This document shows positions 36,277 to 45,966 of a stretch of 64,000 nt of DNA, in pieces. Source of the stretch: an uncultured Acidobacteriota bacterium (GTDB taxonomy: Bacteria; Acidobacteriota; Thermoanaerobaculia; UBA5066; Gp7-AA6); the NCBI GenBank assembly GCA_963764715.1, contig CAVXTP010000003.1:117816-181815 (forward strand), given 5' to 3'. Position 1 is the first letter of the stretch. Every line of letters starts with the position of its first letter. Both the position numbers and the translations under genes were made by a program. The notes below the pieces were generated by a model. The model saw only the letters and a list, made by a program, of their open reading frames with translations. It was not told where the DNA came from and made no database searches.

Positions 36277-36947
36277 CGTTTCGTGGCCCCGGCGTTCCCC
36301 GGTTCGTAGGGGCGGGGCTGGTCCCCGCCCTTCTCGCGGGCGGCCACGAGGGCCGCCCCTACGACCGGAGGGTGGACGGGCAGCAGCCCGCTTTCGTCGA
36401 AATCAAAGCCGTACAGAGATTCCTTGCGCGGCTGCGCCTCCTCGCCTCGCATCCAGGCGGCGGCGAGCTCGACGGCCTCGAAGATCTTGATGTACCCGGT
36501 GCAGCGGCAGAGATTCCCGGCGAGGGCTTCGCGGATCTGCGGCAGGGTCGGCCGGGGGTTCTCGTCGAGAAGCGCCTTCGCCGTCAGCAGGAATCCGGGC
36601 GTGCAGTAGCCGCACTGGGCGGCGCCGAGGTCCGCGAACGCCTTCTGGAGCGGGTGGAGTCCCGCGGGCCCGGCCATGCCCTCGATCGACTCGACGCGCC
36701 GTCCCTCGCACTCGAGGCCGAGCACCAGGCAGGAAAGCACCGGCTTTCCGTCCACGAGGACCGCGCAGGTCCCGCACTCGCCGAGCTCGCAGCCGTGCTT
36801 GGTGCCCGTGAGGTTCAAGTCCTCGCGAAGCACCTCGAGGAGCGTCTTGTGCGGAGCGAACGCGGTCTCGACTTCCTCTCCGTTCAGAACGAACCGAACG
36901 TGAGCCTTGGTGAGATCGGCGCCGCGAAACTTCTTCGATCGAGCCAC
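36273..36947 (-). CDS. hcrC: [2Fe-2S] small subunit (HcrC/CoxS-like)
   Basis: GCELGECGTC, QCGYCTPG, NLCRCTGY. Confidence 0.75.
   Translation of the reverse strand: MARSKKFRGADLTKAHVRFVLNGEEVETAFAPHKTLLEVLREDLNLTGTKHGCELGECGTCAVLVDGKPVLSCLVLGLECEGRRVESIEGMAGPAGLHPLQKAFADLGAAQCGYCTPGFLLTAKALLDENPRPTLPQIREALAGNLCRCTGYIKIFEAVELAAAWMRGEEAQPRKESLYGFDFDESGLLPVHPPVVGAALVAAREKGGDQPRPYEPGNAGATKR
36306..36362. repeat. inverted GTAG-REP doublet inside the 3' end of the [2Fe-2S] gene
   Basis: GTAGGGGCGGGGCTGGTCCCCGCCC...GGGCGGCCACGAGGGCCGCCCCTAC. Confidence 0.8.
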
Positions 36948-36994
36948 GGTTCGACGAATCTAATCCCTTTATTTTGAGAAAGAAAGACCGTATC

Positions 36995-37012
36995 TCCTGA
37001 CCGACCGGTCAG
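36995..37012. promoter_or_regulatory. candidate TetR operator upstream of the hcrCAB-like operon
   Basis: TCCTGACCGACCGGTCAG, 16/18 identical to the reverse complement of the tetR promoter palindrome (TCCTGACTGACTGGTCAG). Confidence 0.55.
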
Positions 37013-37019
37013 ACGAATT

Positions 37020-37919
37020 TCAGGGCTTCGGGGGCGCCGCGCCGGGCCACGCCGGTAACTTCAGGAGATCGAGCGGGTTGACCCGGGCCCGATGCAGCCG
37101 CGCGCCCCAGTGCAGGTGCGGCCCCGTCGCGCGCCCCGTCGCTCCCACCGCGCCGACCCGCTGCCCCTTTGCGACGGGCTCCCCGGCCTTCACCTCGATC
37201 GCCGAGAGATGGAAGTACGTCGTGAAGAGACCGCGGCCGTGATCGAGGATGACGGTGCCGCCCGAGAAGTAGAGCTCCTCCGCGAGGGCGACCGTGGCGG
37301 GCGCGGGCGCGAGGACCGGCGCTCCCTCCGGCGCGGGCAGGTCGACGCCGTCGTGAGACGAGCGCGGCTTTCCGTTGAAGACCCGGCGCACGCCGAAGCT
37401 TCCGTGCGCGTCCGACGTCACGGGCATCCGAAAGGGCCCGCCGAAGAGGCGATCGGTGTCCCGGGCGGCCCAGACGCGGGCCACCGCCTCGCGGTCCGAG
37501 GCGATGCGGGGAAGCTCCTCCGCGGGCGGCTCGACGTAGGCCGGCGCGACCTTCAGCTTCTGCGTCGGGAACTTCCCGGACAGGACGCGCAGCGTCCGCG
37601 ACGCCCGGGAAATGCCACCGGCGGCGTCGCGCGCCTCGACCGCGAGCGTCCGCGCTCCGACGGCGCTCTCGAAGTCGATGCCGAGGAGCCCGCGGAAGGT
37701 GCGTCCGTCTTCGTCCCGTTCGAGGCCGATCGAACGGTCGCCGTCCGACAACGTCGCGGACGAAAGGGACGCGCTCGCCCTGACGGTCACGAAGACGACG
37801 TCGCCCTGCTTCGGCCGCGCGGGCGACGCCTCCACTTGCAGCGTCGCCGCCGGGACCGCCGGCCCGCCCGCGAGAACCAGGAAAAACGCCGCGGCCGGGG
37901 CGAGCGCCCGCCGGGTCAT
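37020..37919 (-). CDS. M23 family metallopeptidase
   Basis: Signal peptide; HDGVD, YFHL, GRATGPHLHW. Confidence 0.9.
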   Translation of the reverse strand: MTRRALAPAAAFFLVLAGGPAVPAATLQVEASPARPKQGDVVFVTVRASASLSSATLSDGDRSIGLERDEDGRTFRGLLGIDFESAVGARTLAVEARDAAGGISRASRTLRVLSGKFPTQKLKVAPAYVEPPAEELPRIASDREAVARVWAARDTDRLFGGPFRMPVTSDAHGSFGVRRVFNGKPRSSHDGVDLPAPEGAPVLAPAPATVALAEELYFSGGTVILDHGRGLFTTYFHLSAIEVKAGEPVAKGQRVGAVGATGRATGPHLHWGARLHRARVNPLDLLKLPAWPGAAPPKP

Positions 37920-39265
37920 GCGTCCTCGGCCAGGGCCTCCGGCCGGACCGCGGCGAACCGGAGCTCGCCCTCCGACTTCGCGACGACGGTGGCGCAGACG
38001 AGGTCTCCCGTCACGTTCAGCGTCGTGCGGCACATGTCGAGGAACCGGTCGACGCCGAGGATGATTCCAATGCCCTCGGCCGGAACGCCGACCGACTGGA
38101 GGACGATGACGATGAGCGGCAGCGAGCCACCGGGCACGCCGGCCGTCCCGACGCCGGCGAGGATCGACATGAGGACGACCGTCACCTGCTGGGGCAGCGA
38201 CAGCGTCACGCCGAAGACCTGGGCGAGAAAGAGCACCGTCACGCCCTCGAAGAGTGCGGTGCCGTTCTGGTTGCCGGTCGCGCCGACGGTCAGCACGAAG
38301 TTGCCGATCCGCGGGGCGATGCCGAGCTTCTCCTGCGCCGCCTGGAGCGAGGTCGGGAGCGTCGCGTTCGAGGAGGCCGTCGAAAAGGCCGTCAGCATGA
38401 CCTCGCGGACGCGGAAGAACCACTCGACCGGCGAAACGCGCGCGAGCCCCTTGAGGATCAGCGAGTACACCACGAACTGCTGGATGGCGAGGCCGGCGAC
38501 GACCACGCCGACGTAACCGCCCAGCCGCGGGACGACCGCGAAGCCGGACCGCGCCGTCAGCGAATACATGAGGCCCGCGACCCCGTAGGGCGCGAGGCCC
38601 ATCGCCCAGTCGACGATCTTCATCGAGACCCGCTGGATGCCGTCGAAGACCTCGACCAGCGTCTCCTTGTCCTTCCGGATCTGCGCCAGGGCGACCCCGA
38701 AGAACACCGCGAAGACCATCAATGCGAGCATCTCCCCCTGGAGGGCCTCGACGGCGGCGCCGATCGGGTTGCGCGGGATGAGCGAGAGCAGCGTGTCGCT
38801 CCACGACGCCGCCTTCTTTGCGTTCTCGATCGCGGCCTGCGACTGCGTCGCGAAAGTGCCCTCGAGGTTCGCCCGGACCGAGGCGTCGACACCCGCGCCC
38901 GGCTTGAAGTAGTTGACGAGCACGAGCCCGATCGCCACCGAGATCCCGCTCGCGAAGATCGTGTAGAGGAGGGTCTTGAAGCCGACGCGGCCGAGCTTGT
39001 GGACGTCGCCGAGCTCGAGCACCCCGAGGACGAGGGACGAGAACACGAGCGGCACGACGATCATGAAGATCAGCCGCAGGAAGAGCTGGCCGACCGGATT
39101 GGCAACGTTGCGCACGCTCCACTCGACCCAGGGCGCTCCACCGCCGACCGCATGGGCGACGAGCCCCGCGACGAGCCCGAAGAGGAGCCCGAAGAGGATC
39201 TTCGTGTGCCGCGGCAGGCCCCTGCGGGCGGCGCGGCCGGCGTCGGAAGCGGCGGCTCCTGGCAT
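37916..39265 (-). CDS. dicarboxylate/amino acid:cation symporter (GltP/DAACS)
   Basis: FSTASSNATLP, NQNGTAL, GVPGG, DMCRTTLNVTGD. Confidence 0.93.
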   Translation of the reverse strand: MPGAAASDAGRAARRGLPRHTKILFGLLFGLVAGLVAHAVGGGAPWVEWSVRNVANPVGQLFLRLIFMIVVPLVFSSLVLGVLELGDVHKLGRVGFKTLLYTIFASGISVAIGLVLVNYFKPGAGVDASVRANLEGTFATQSQAAIENAKKAASWSDTLLSLIPRNPIGAAVEALQGEMLALMVFAVFFGVALAQIRKDKETLVEVFDGIQRVSMKIVDWAMGLAPYGVAGLMYSLTARSGFAVVPRLGGYVGVVVAGLAIQQFVVYSLILKGLARVSPVEWFFRVREVMLTAFSTASSNATLPTSLQAAQEKLGIAPRIGNFVLTVGATGNQNGTALFEGVTVLFLAQVFGVTLSLPQQVTVVLMSILAGVGTAGVPGGSLPLIVIVLQSVGVPAEGIGIILGVDRFLDMCRTTLNVTGDLVCATVVAKSEGELRFAAVRPEALAEDA

Positions 39266-39298
39266 GGCGCGAGTGGCGCAACTTTAACCCGAAAGGGA

Positions 39299-39320
39299 GA
39301 GGGCCCCTCGCGGGGCCCTC
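39299..39320 (-). terminator. hairpin downstream of SLH paralog 1
   Basis: GAGGGCCCCTCGCGGGGCCCTC, identical to 47918-47939. Confidence 0.6.
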
Positions 39321-39347
39321 GGATGAGTCGGCGCACCGGCGGTCGGC

Positions 39348-42300
39348 CTACGGCCCGTACAGAACGAGGCCGAACGTCTTCGTCAGGAAGACGGCCATCT
39401 GCGCGCGCGTGTTCGGGTTGGTCGGGCAGAAGTTGCCGCCGCCGCAGCCGGTCGTGATTCCGCGGTCGGCGAGCTCCTCGATCCAGTCCGCGAACGTCGA
39501 CGGGCACGGCACGTCGCCGAAGACCGAGGCGCAGGCCGGCGGAACGTAGGAGGAGCCTTTCAGCGTCTTCAAAAGGAAGACCGCCATCTGCTGCCGCAGC
39601 ACCGTGTTGTTCGGGCAGTAGCTCAGGGGGGCCGCGGAGCACCCGCCCGTGATCCCGCGGTTGTAGAGGTCCTCGATCCACGGGGCGAACGGGTCGGCCT
39701 GCGGAACGTCCGAGAAGATGCCGGCCGCCGGCGGGGGCAGGTAGGCGGCGCCGTACCTCGCCTTGAGCAGGAAGACGGCCATCTGCTTGCGCAGCGCCCC
39801 GTTGCCCGGGCAGTAGTTCGACCCGCCGCAGCCCCCGGTGACGCCGTTGTGGAAGATCGTCTCGATGAAGGGGTAGAAACCGTTGGCGTCCGGGACGTCG
39901 GCGAAGCTCGAACCGATGTGGAGGATCCAGGTCTTCCCGGAACCGTTCGAGAGGGCCTCGTCCATCGAGGCGTCCCAGTGCGGCGCCGGCCGCACGGCCG
40001 GGTTGTCGACCGAAACCGAGTAGCAGTCGGCGCAGGTCGCCGTGGTGTTGGAGCCGATCGTGCCGTAGGCAGCCGAGGCGTCGGTCAGCGTGTAGGTCGC
40101 GCCGACCGGGCCGGTCAGGCTCGATGCCGTTCCCGTCAGCGTCAGGGGCACCGAATCGCCGTTGAAGTACGACGGCGCGACGACGACCGTCTCGCCCGGC
40201 TCCCAGACGTTGTTCGCCGCGGCCGAAGGCGCCCGGAGGCCGGCGTTGCTGTCGACGTCGAGGCCCTCGGGAATCGGCGTGCAGCAGACCGCGCGGCCGA
40301 GCAGGGTCACGCCGTCGATCCGCCAGCCGCCCGCGGGAACTCCGATGGAAACGTCCGAGACCATCCGCCAGCGCAGCACGATGCTCTGGCCGAGGGCCGC
40401 CGGAGGAAGGTTCACGACGGTCGTGAGATACGTGGACGAGTTCCCGCTCCACGCCAGGCGTCCGCCGATGGGGCTGCCGAACGACCCGGTGATCGTCCGG
40501 TTGTAGCCGTTGGAGGCGAAGCTCCCGCCGGCCGCCAGGATGTCCTGGAACGCGGCGCCCGCGATCGAGATCTCGAGAACGCCGCCGTCGTAGCCGACGG
40601 CCGGGTTCGCGCCGTTGGCCTCGAGGTTGTAGAAGTTGCTGAACCGGAGCTGCTGCGCGTCGGCGGGCACCGCGATGGAGGGCGAGTCGAGGGCCTTGTC
40701 CGTGACGCCCGCGGGATCGTCCGCGTACGCGGCGTTCGGGGCGGTGTCGGGCGTCGTGGCGGTCGTGACCCACAGGGTCCCGGTCCCGGACGTGCCCCAG
40801 CCCGCGGGCAGCGCCGGAGCGCCCACGCCGTCGAAGGTCTCGGACAGGACGACGACGGGAATGCCCGTCGTGAACGCATAGGAAGACGTCCCGAGGTCGG
40901 CCAGACCGTCCGCGAGGTCGAACGTCGGCACGAGGTCGTCTCCGCAGAGGAGGGCCTCGTCCGCGGTGAAGGTGACCTGGACGCACACGTCCGGGCCGCC
41001 GGCCACGACGTGGCCGAAGACCGCGGGCTCGGGGGCGTCTCCGACGCCTCCCGTCTCCTGGAGCTCGCCGACGAGGTTCGTCGTGTCCGCGCCGCCGATG
41101 TTCCGGACGCAGAAGCTGACCGTGACCGTCTCGCCCGGGTCGATCCGGCCGTTGCCCGGAGCGCAGCTCTCGCCGACGAGGGTCGCGCCCGCGGAGGTGA
41201 TGAGCGGCACGCCGGTCAGGCACGCATCGAAGGTCGCCGTGCCGCCGTCGGAGATGGCCGCGCCGCCGCTCTCGGTGGAGAAGGTGCTCTTGGTGACGGA
41301 GACGGTGTAGTTGCCGGGCGGCAGCAGGAGCGAGTAGTCGCCGTTCAGGTCGGTCACGGCCATGGCGCTGCCGTCGACCGAGACGGTCGCGCCGGCGAGC
41401 GGGAGCCCGTTCGAGCAATAGGTGACGTGGCCCTGCAGCGTGCCCTTCGCCTCGGCCGTGCAGCCGGGGTAGGCGAAGCGGCCGATGCGCGTGCGCCAGG
41501 CGAAGGCCGCCGTGACGGCGTAGTACTCCTGGGCGTACCAGAAGGTACAGCCGTCGGCCGGGTCGATCGTCATCGCGCTGTAATCGCCCCACCGGTTGGC
41601 GGTCGTCGTCTGCGAGCCGGTGGCGGCGAAGAATGTGGCCTCGCCCTCGTTCAGCGTGCCGCTTCCCGCGGTGCGGCCGGCGATCTTGATGTCGGCGCGC
41701 TGCGCCGTGCCGGACTGGCTGAAGCCGAGGCCGAGGTTGCCGAGGTGGTCCTGCGCGATCGATCCCATCCAGTTGTTGAGGCCCGTGGCGCCGTTGCCGC
41801 CCGCGAGGTTGTGCGTGCCCTGGTCGAACAGCGTCGGGATCGCGGTGCCGGTGCCGTGCAGCTCGAACCAGCGGATTCCGGCCTGGTAGCTCGACGCCGC
41901 GGTGGGATCGATGCCGCTGACGTTGACCGTGAAGTTGCCGACCCAGGAGTTGGCGGCCGCCGCCGGCGTGCCGAGATTGCGGTAGGCCAGGCGGTACATC
42001 AGGCGGTCGGGGATCGAATCGAGGCCGTCGCCCCCGAGCTGCTCGATGTCGGCGCGGGCGGAGGGTTGCCGGGCGTCGAAGGCGGCCAGGGCCAGGTCGG
42101 GATGGACGGCGAAGGTGGACGCGCCGGGGTTGGCATAGTTCGGAACGAAGTCGTAGATCCGGAGCGCGTCGAGGGGATCGCCGAACTCGTCGGCGCGAAA
42201 CTCCATGAAGAGGTTGGCGAGGCCGGCGGGAGGCGGGAGGTGGCCGTCCAGGTCCGTGGGAAGCATGCCCCCGGCGGTGGGGTCGAGGGGCTCCACGTCG

Positions 42301-43169
42301 ACGTACACGTAGGACGCCGTCGGGTCGCCCGCGATCATCTTGACGCGGTCGAACGCGAAGACGCCCGCTCCGCGGAAGGCCGTCAGGGCCTGGTTGAACT
42401 GGTTCGTCGTCAGGTAGTAGCCGTCGGGCCAGACGCCGTAGTGCGGATAGTCGTGGAACTTGTTCTCGGGGACGGCGGGAGGCGCCGGCATGACGAAGTC
42501 GTAGGCGAAGTAGGCGCCCGTCGGATCGCCCGACTGCGAGATGGCGATGCACATGTGGTTGGGAAATCCGTCGACCTCGAACTGGCTCACGAACCAGCGG
42601 TCCGCGAGGGAGTCGTACAGCACGATCGGATCGCCGTCGTCGTCGCCGGCGCGGCAGGCGTCGGACACGGGCAGGCCGGTGAACAGCGAGCGGATCGAGA
42701 TGGGGCCGAGCAGCGACGCGCCCGACTTGTCGAAGACCTGCATCCGGGTGTTGTTGACGAGCTCGACGACGTGGCTCGGGCCCACGTCGATGTCGGTGTC
42801 CGGCGGCGCGCTTCCCGCCGCGATCATGCCGTCGAAGGTCAGCGAGGGCGCCGGCATCGCGCTCGGCAGGTTCGTCTGCTGCCGGAGCAGCGGATCGACG
42901 AAGCTGCCGGTTCCCGCGCCCGCCCCCGGGACCGGGAGCTTGACGCGCTTCTCGTTGGCGCGGTTGATCACCAGGTACTGCTCCGGCCCGGGCGGCGGGT
43001 TGAGCAGCTCCGGCGGAAGGGACCGCAGCGGCGGCGTCCGGCCCGTCTCGACGGCGTGCCCCGAAACGAAGGTCGGGGGCTTGACGGGGGCATCGGCGGC
43101 GAGAGCGAAACCGCACGCGAGGAGCGAGGTGAGCAGGGCCGTGGCGAGGGCGCCGGGGCGACGCGACAT
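39348..43169 (-). CDS. large secreted surface protein with C-terminal SLH-like repeats (paralog 1)
   Basis: Signal peptide; PPDT/GDPIVLYD/DYPHYGVWPD/RWGDYSAMTIDP domain; carboxypeptidase-regulatory-like beta sandwich; YDGGVLEIS jelly roll; three F.DVP...IE...G(I/V)T.GC..CP..R.QMA.FL repeats. Confidence 0.85.
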   Translation of the reverse strand: MSRRPGALATALLTSLLACGFALAADAPVKPPTFVSGHAVETGRTPPLRSLPPELLNPPPGPEQYLVINRANEKRVKLPVPGAGAGTGSFVDPLLRQQTNLPSAMPAPSLTFDGMIAAGSAPPDTDIDVGPSHVVELVNNTRMQVFDKSGASLLGPISIRSLFTGLPVSDACRAGDDDGDPIVLYDSLADRWFVSQFEVDGFPNHMCIAISQSGDPTGAYFAYDFVMPAPPAVPENKFHDYPHYGVWPDGYYLTTNQFNQALTAFRGAGVFAFDRVKMIAGDPTASYVYVDVEPLDPTAGGMLPTDLDGHLPPPAGLANLFMEFRADEFGDPLDALRIYDFVPNYANPGASTFAVHPDLALAAFDARQPSARADIEQLGGDGLDSIPDRLMYRLAYRNLGTPAAAANSWVGNFTVNVSGIDPTAASSYQAGIRWFELHGTGTAIPTLFDQGTHNLAGGNGATGLNNWMGSIAQDHLGNLGLGFSQSGTAQRADIKIAGRTAGSGTLNEGEATFFAATGSQTTTANRWGDYSAMTIDPADGCTFWYAQEYYAVTAAFAWRTRIGRFAYPGCTAEAKGTLQGHVTYCSNGLPLAGATVSVDGSAMAVTDLNGDYSLLLPPGNYTVSVTKSTFSTESGGAAISDGGTATFDACLTGVPLITSAGATLVGESCAPGNGRIDPGETVTVSFCVRNIGGADTTNLVGELQETGGVGDAPEPAVFGHVVAGGPDVCVQVTFTADEALLCGDDLVPTFDLADGLADLGTSSYAFTTGIPVVVLSETFDGVGAPALPAGWGTSGTGTLWVTTATTPDTAPNAAYADDPAGVTDKALDSPSIAVPADAQQLRFSNFYNLEANGANPAVGYDGGVLEISIAGAAFQDILAAGGSFASNGYNRTITGSFGSPIGGRLAWSGNSSTYLTTVVNLPPAALGQSIVLRWRMVSDVSIGVPAGGWRIDGVTLLGRAVCCTPIPEGLDVDSNAGLRAPSAAANNVWEPGETVVVAPSYFNGDSVPLTLTGTASSLTGPVGATYTLTDASAAYGTIGSNTTATCADCYSVSVDNPAVRPAPHWDASMDEALSNGSGKTWILHIGSSFADVPDANGFYPFIETIFHNGVTGGCGGSNYCPGNGALRKQMAVFLLKARYGAAYLPPPAAGIFSDVPQADPFAPWIEDLYNRGITGGCSAAPLSYCPNNTVLRQQMAVFLLKTLKGSSYVPPACASVFGDVPCPSTFADWIEELADRGITTGCGGGNFCPTNPNTRAQMAVFLTKTFGLVLYGP

Positions 43170-43242
43170 GAATCCTCCGTTTTCTTGGAATGGAATCGGG
43201 ACGAGATTAGCGCCCCGAGCGAAACTTACGGTGTGTCGGCCG

Positions 43243-44565
43243 TCACGGCGCCGGCGCCTTGAAGACCCGGCCCCCCTTCATCACGAACACGACCCGCTCG
43301 GTGACGCGGACGTCCTTGAGCGGGTCGCCGGGGACGGCGACGATGTCGGCTTCCTTGTCCTTCTCCAGCGTTCCGATGCGGTCGGCGAGGCCGAGGAGCT
43401 CGGCCGCCGCGGGTCCCGCGGTTTTCAGCGCCTGCGCGGGCGTCAGGCCCCGCTCGACCATCAGCCCGAACTCGCGGGCGTTCATTCCGTGGGGCGAGAC
43501 GCCCGAGTCGGTCCCGAAGGCGATCCGCACACCCGCGCGGGCCGCGCGCCGGAACATGTCGTCGTGGGCCGCGAGCGCCGCCTTCGCCTTCGCCGCGACC
43601 GCCGGCGGGAAGCGCTCGAGCTTGCCGCCGGTCCACTGGCCGGCCATGCAGGTCGGCACGAGGAAGGTGCCCTTCGACTTCATCAGCGCGAGAGTCTCGT
43701 CCGTCAGGAACGAGCCGTGCTCGATCGAGTCGATCCCGGCCTTGACCGCCGCCCGGGCGGCGAGGTCGCCGTGGGCGTGCGCCGCGGTCTTGCGCTTCAG
43801 CCGGTGGGCCTCGTCGACGATCGCCGCGAGCTCCTCGTCGGTCAGCTGCGGCGCCGAGACGTCGTCGCCGAGCGACAGGACCCCGCCCGAGGCGCACATC
43901 TTGATGACGTCGGAGCCGTACTTGACGTCGAGGCGGACGGCCTGGCGGCCTTCGTCGGGACCGTGGAGGATGCCCTTCTCGAGCCCCGGCTCCGGGCCGA
44001 AGGTCTTCGGCGGGAAGCCCGTGTTGTCGCAGTGGCCGCCCGTGGCGCCGAGCGCGTACCGGGCGACGAGCATGCGCGGCCCCGGCGTGAGGCCGGCCGC
44101 GATCGCGTCGCGCAGCCCGACGTCCATGTCGTCCGAGGAGCCGACGTCGCGCACGGTCGTGAATCCGGCCTCGAGCGTCCGCCGGGCGTAGAGCGCGCCG
44201 TAGAAGACCTGCTCGGTCACCGGCCGCCGCAGGCCCTCGAAGAAGTCCTGCACGTAATTGTCGCCCGACTCGCCCGTCAGGTGCGTGTGGCTGTCGATGA
44301 AGCCCGGAAGCAGGGTCGCGTCGCCGAGGTCGATCACCGTGGCGCCCGCCGGGACGGCGATCCCCGGGCCGATCGCGAGGATCCGGGAGCCCTGAACGAG
44401 GATGACGGGGTTGGCGGCGGTCGTGTCCGACCGGCCGTCGAACAGGCGCGCCGCCTTGATCGCGGTGACCGGCCCCGGCGTCGGCGCGGGCCGGGCCTGA
44501 CCCGCCGCGGATCCTCCCCCGGCGATCACGAGCAGCCCGACCGCGAGTCCAGCCCGAATTCTCAC
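43243..44565 (-). CDS. secreted amidohydrolase (Xaa-Pro dipeptidase-like)
   Basis: PGFIDSHTH, AHAHG, IEHG, FGTDSGV; GTG start after GGAGGAG RBS. Confidence 0.88.
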   Translation of the reverse strand: MRIRAGLAVGLLVIAGGGSAAGQARPAPTPGPVTAIKAARLFDGRSDTTAANPVILVQGSRILAIGPGIAVPAGATVIDLGDATLLPGFIDSHTHLTGESGDNYVQDFFEGLRRPVTEQVFYGALYARRTLEAGFTTVRDVGSSDDMDVGLRDAIAAGLTPGPRMLVARYALGATGGHCDNTGFPPKTFGPEPGLEKGILHGPDEGRQAVRLDVKYGSDVIKMCASGGVLSLGDDVSAPQLTDEELAAIVDEAHRLKRKTAAHAHGDLAARAAVKAGIDSIEHGSFLTDETLALMKSKGTFLVPTCMAGQWTGGKLERFPPAVAAKAKAALAAHDDMFRRAARAGVRIAFGTDSGVSPHGMNAREFGLMVERGLTPAQALKTAGPAAAELLGLADRIGTLEKDKEADIVAVPGDPLKDVRVTERVVFVMKGGRVFKAPAP

Positions 44566-44593
44566 GAATCCTCCTCCCGGCGCGGGGCCGGCG

Positions 44594-45931
44594 TCAGGTC
44601 TCACGGGTCGCCGCCCGGCCGCGGGCCGCGTACACGGCGGCGCCGACGGCGAGCGCGATCGCGCCCGCGATGAAATTCTGTTTCTCGGCCGCCGACAGGA
44701 AGATCAGGCAGATGACGAGCGCCGCGATCGGGATGACGGGCCCCCCGGGAAGGCGGATCGTCCGGGCGGTCGCGGGCATCTTGCGGCGCAGCACCGGCAC
44801 CGCGAGGCACGTCCCGATGTAGGTCGCCAGGCGCGCGATGGCCGAGAGCACGGCGAGCTCCTCGGCGACGCCCAGGGCCCCGGGCCGCAGGCGGTGGACG
44901 ACGAAGTCGATCACGATCAGGCCGGCCGCGATCCCCGACTGGGTCAGGATCGCCACGTACGGCGTGCGGTAGCGCGGGTGGATCTTCGCGAACACGCGCG
45001 GCAGGCGCCCGGTCTCGGCCAGCGCGTAGAGGTAACGGGGACCGGCCAGGACCGTGTTGTTGTTGGTGCCGAGGACCGAGAGCGCCGCCCCGACCGTCAG
45101 CAGCAGCCCTCCCACGGGCCCGAGCAGCAGCCGACCGGCGTCCGCGAGCGGGGTCTTCGAGACGCCGAGGTCCGGGAGCGTCCCCATGGCCGTGAGCTGG
45201 ACGAGGGTGTAGATCGCCGTGACGATCGCGATCTGGACGATCAAAGCGAACGGCACGTCGCGCTGCGGGTTCTTGAACTCGCCGGCCGGCGCCGCCGTGT
45301 TCTCGAAGCCGGCGTAGGCGAAGAGGACGAGGAGGGCGGCCTTCGTGAAGTTGCCGGAGGCCGGCGCCGGCACCGGGAAGAGGCGCGTCCAGTCGATGGC
45401 GAAGACGCCGACGGCCACGAGCACGACCAGGGGCACGAGCTTGCCGAACGCCAGGAAGACCGCCGTCCGGGCGCCGGACTTGACGCCCCGGACGTTGATC
45501 CAGGTCAGCAGCGCGAGCTCGGCGAAGATCGTGACGGCCTGCCCGACGCCGTGGTTCGCCCCGTCCCACAGGTAGCCGACGGCGCGGGCGAAGAAGACCG
45601 AGAGGCTCGCGACCGAGGCGATTCTCGCGATCCAGGTCATCCAGCCGACCTCGAACCCGACGAATTCCCCGAACGCGGCGCGGGTGTAGACGTACGCGCC
45701 GCCGGCCTTGTCGAAGAGGCTCCCGGCCTCGGCGAAGCACAGCACGAGCAGGAGCACCGCGACCCCGGCGGCGAGGATCGCCCAGACGCTCGCCGGGCCG
45801 AGGAGCTGGGCCGCCGCGACGGGAAGGATCAGGTACACGCCGGAGCCGACGACGTCGTTGACCGAAAGGGCGACGATCTCCCAGCGGGAGACGGCGCGCA
45901 GAAATCCCGGCGACGACTGGGGCGAGCTCAA
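44594..45931 (-). CDS. APC family amino acid permease
   Basis: VGSGVY, GGAYVY, FAYAGFE, about 12 TM; TTG start inferred. Confidence 0.9.
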   Translation of the reverse strand: MSSPQSSPGFLRAVSRWEIVALSVNDVVGSGVYLILPVAAAQLLGPASVWAILAAGVAVLLLVLCFAEAGSLFDKAGGAYVYTRAAFGEFVGFEVGWMTWIARIASVASLSVFFARAVGYLWDGANHGVGQAVTIFAELALLTWINVRGVKSGARTAVFLAFGKLVPLVVLVAVGVFAIDWTRLFPVPAPASGNFTKAALLVLFAYAGFENTAAPAGEFKNPQRDVPFALIVQIAIVTAIYTLVQLTAMGTLPDLGVSKTPLADAGRLLLGPVGGLLLTVGAALSVLGTNNNTVLAGPRYLYALAETGRLPRVFAKIHPRYRTPYVAILTQSGIAAGLIVIDFVVHRLRPGALGVAEELAVLSAIARLATYIGTCLAVPVLRRKMPATARTIRLPGGPVIPIAALVICLIFLSAAEKQNFIAGAIALAVGAAVYAARGRAATRET

Positions 45932-45966
45932 ACTGGCGCGGATTCTAGCCGATCGCTCCCCTTCCG

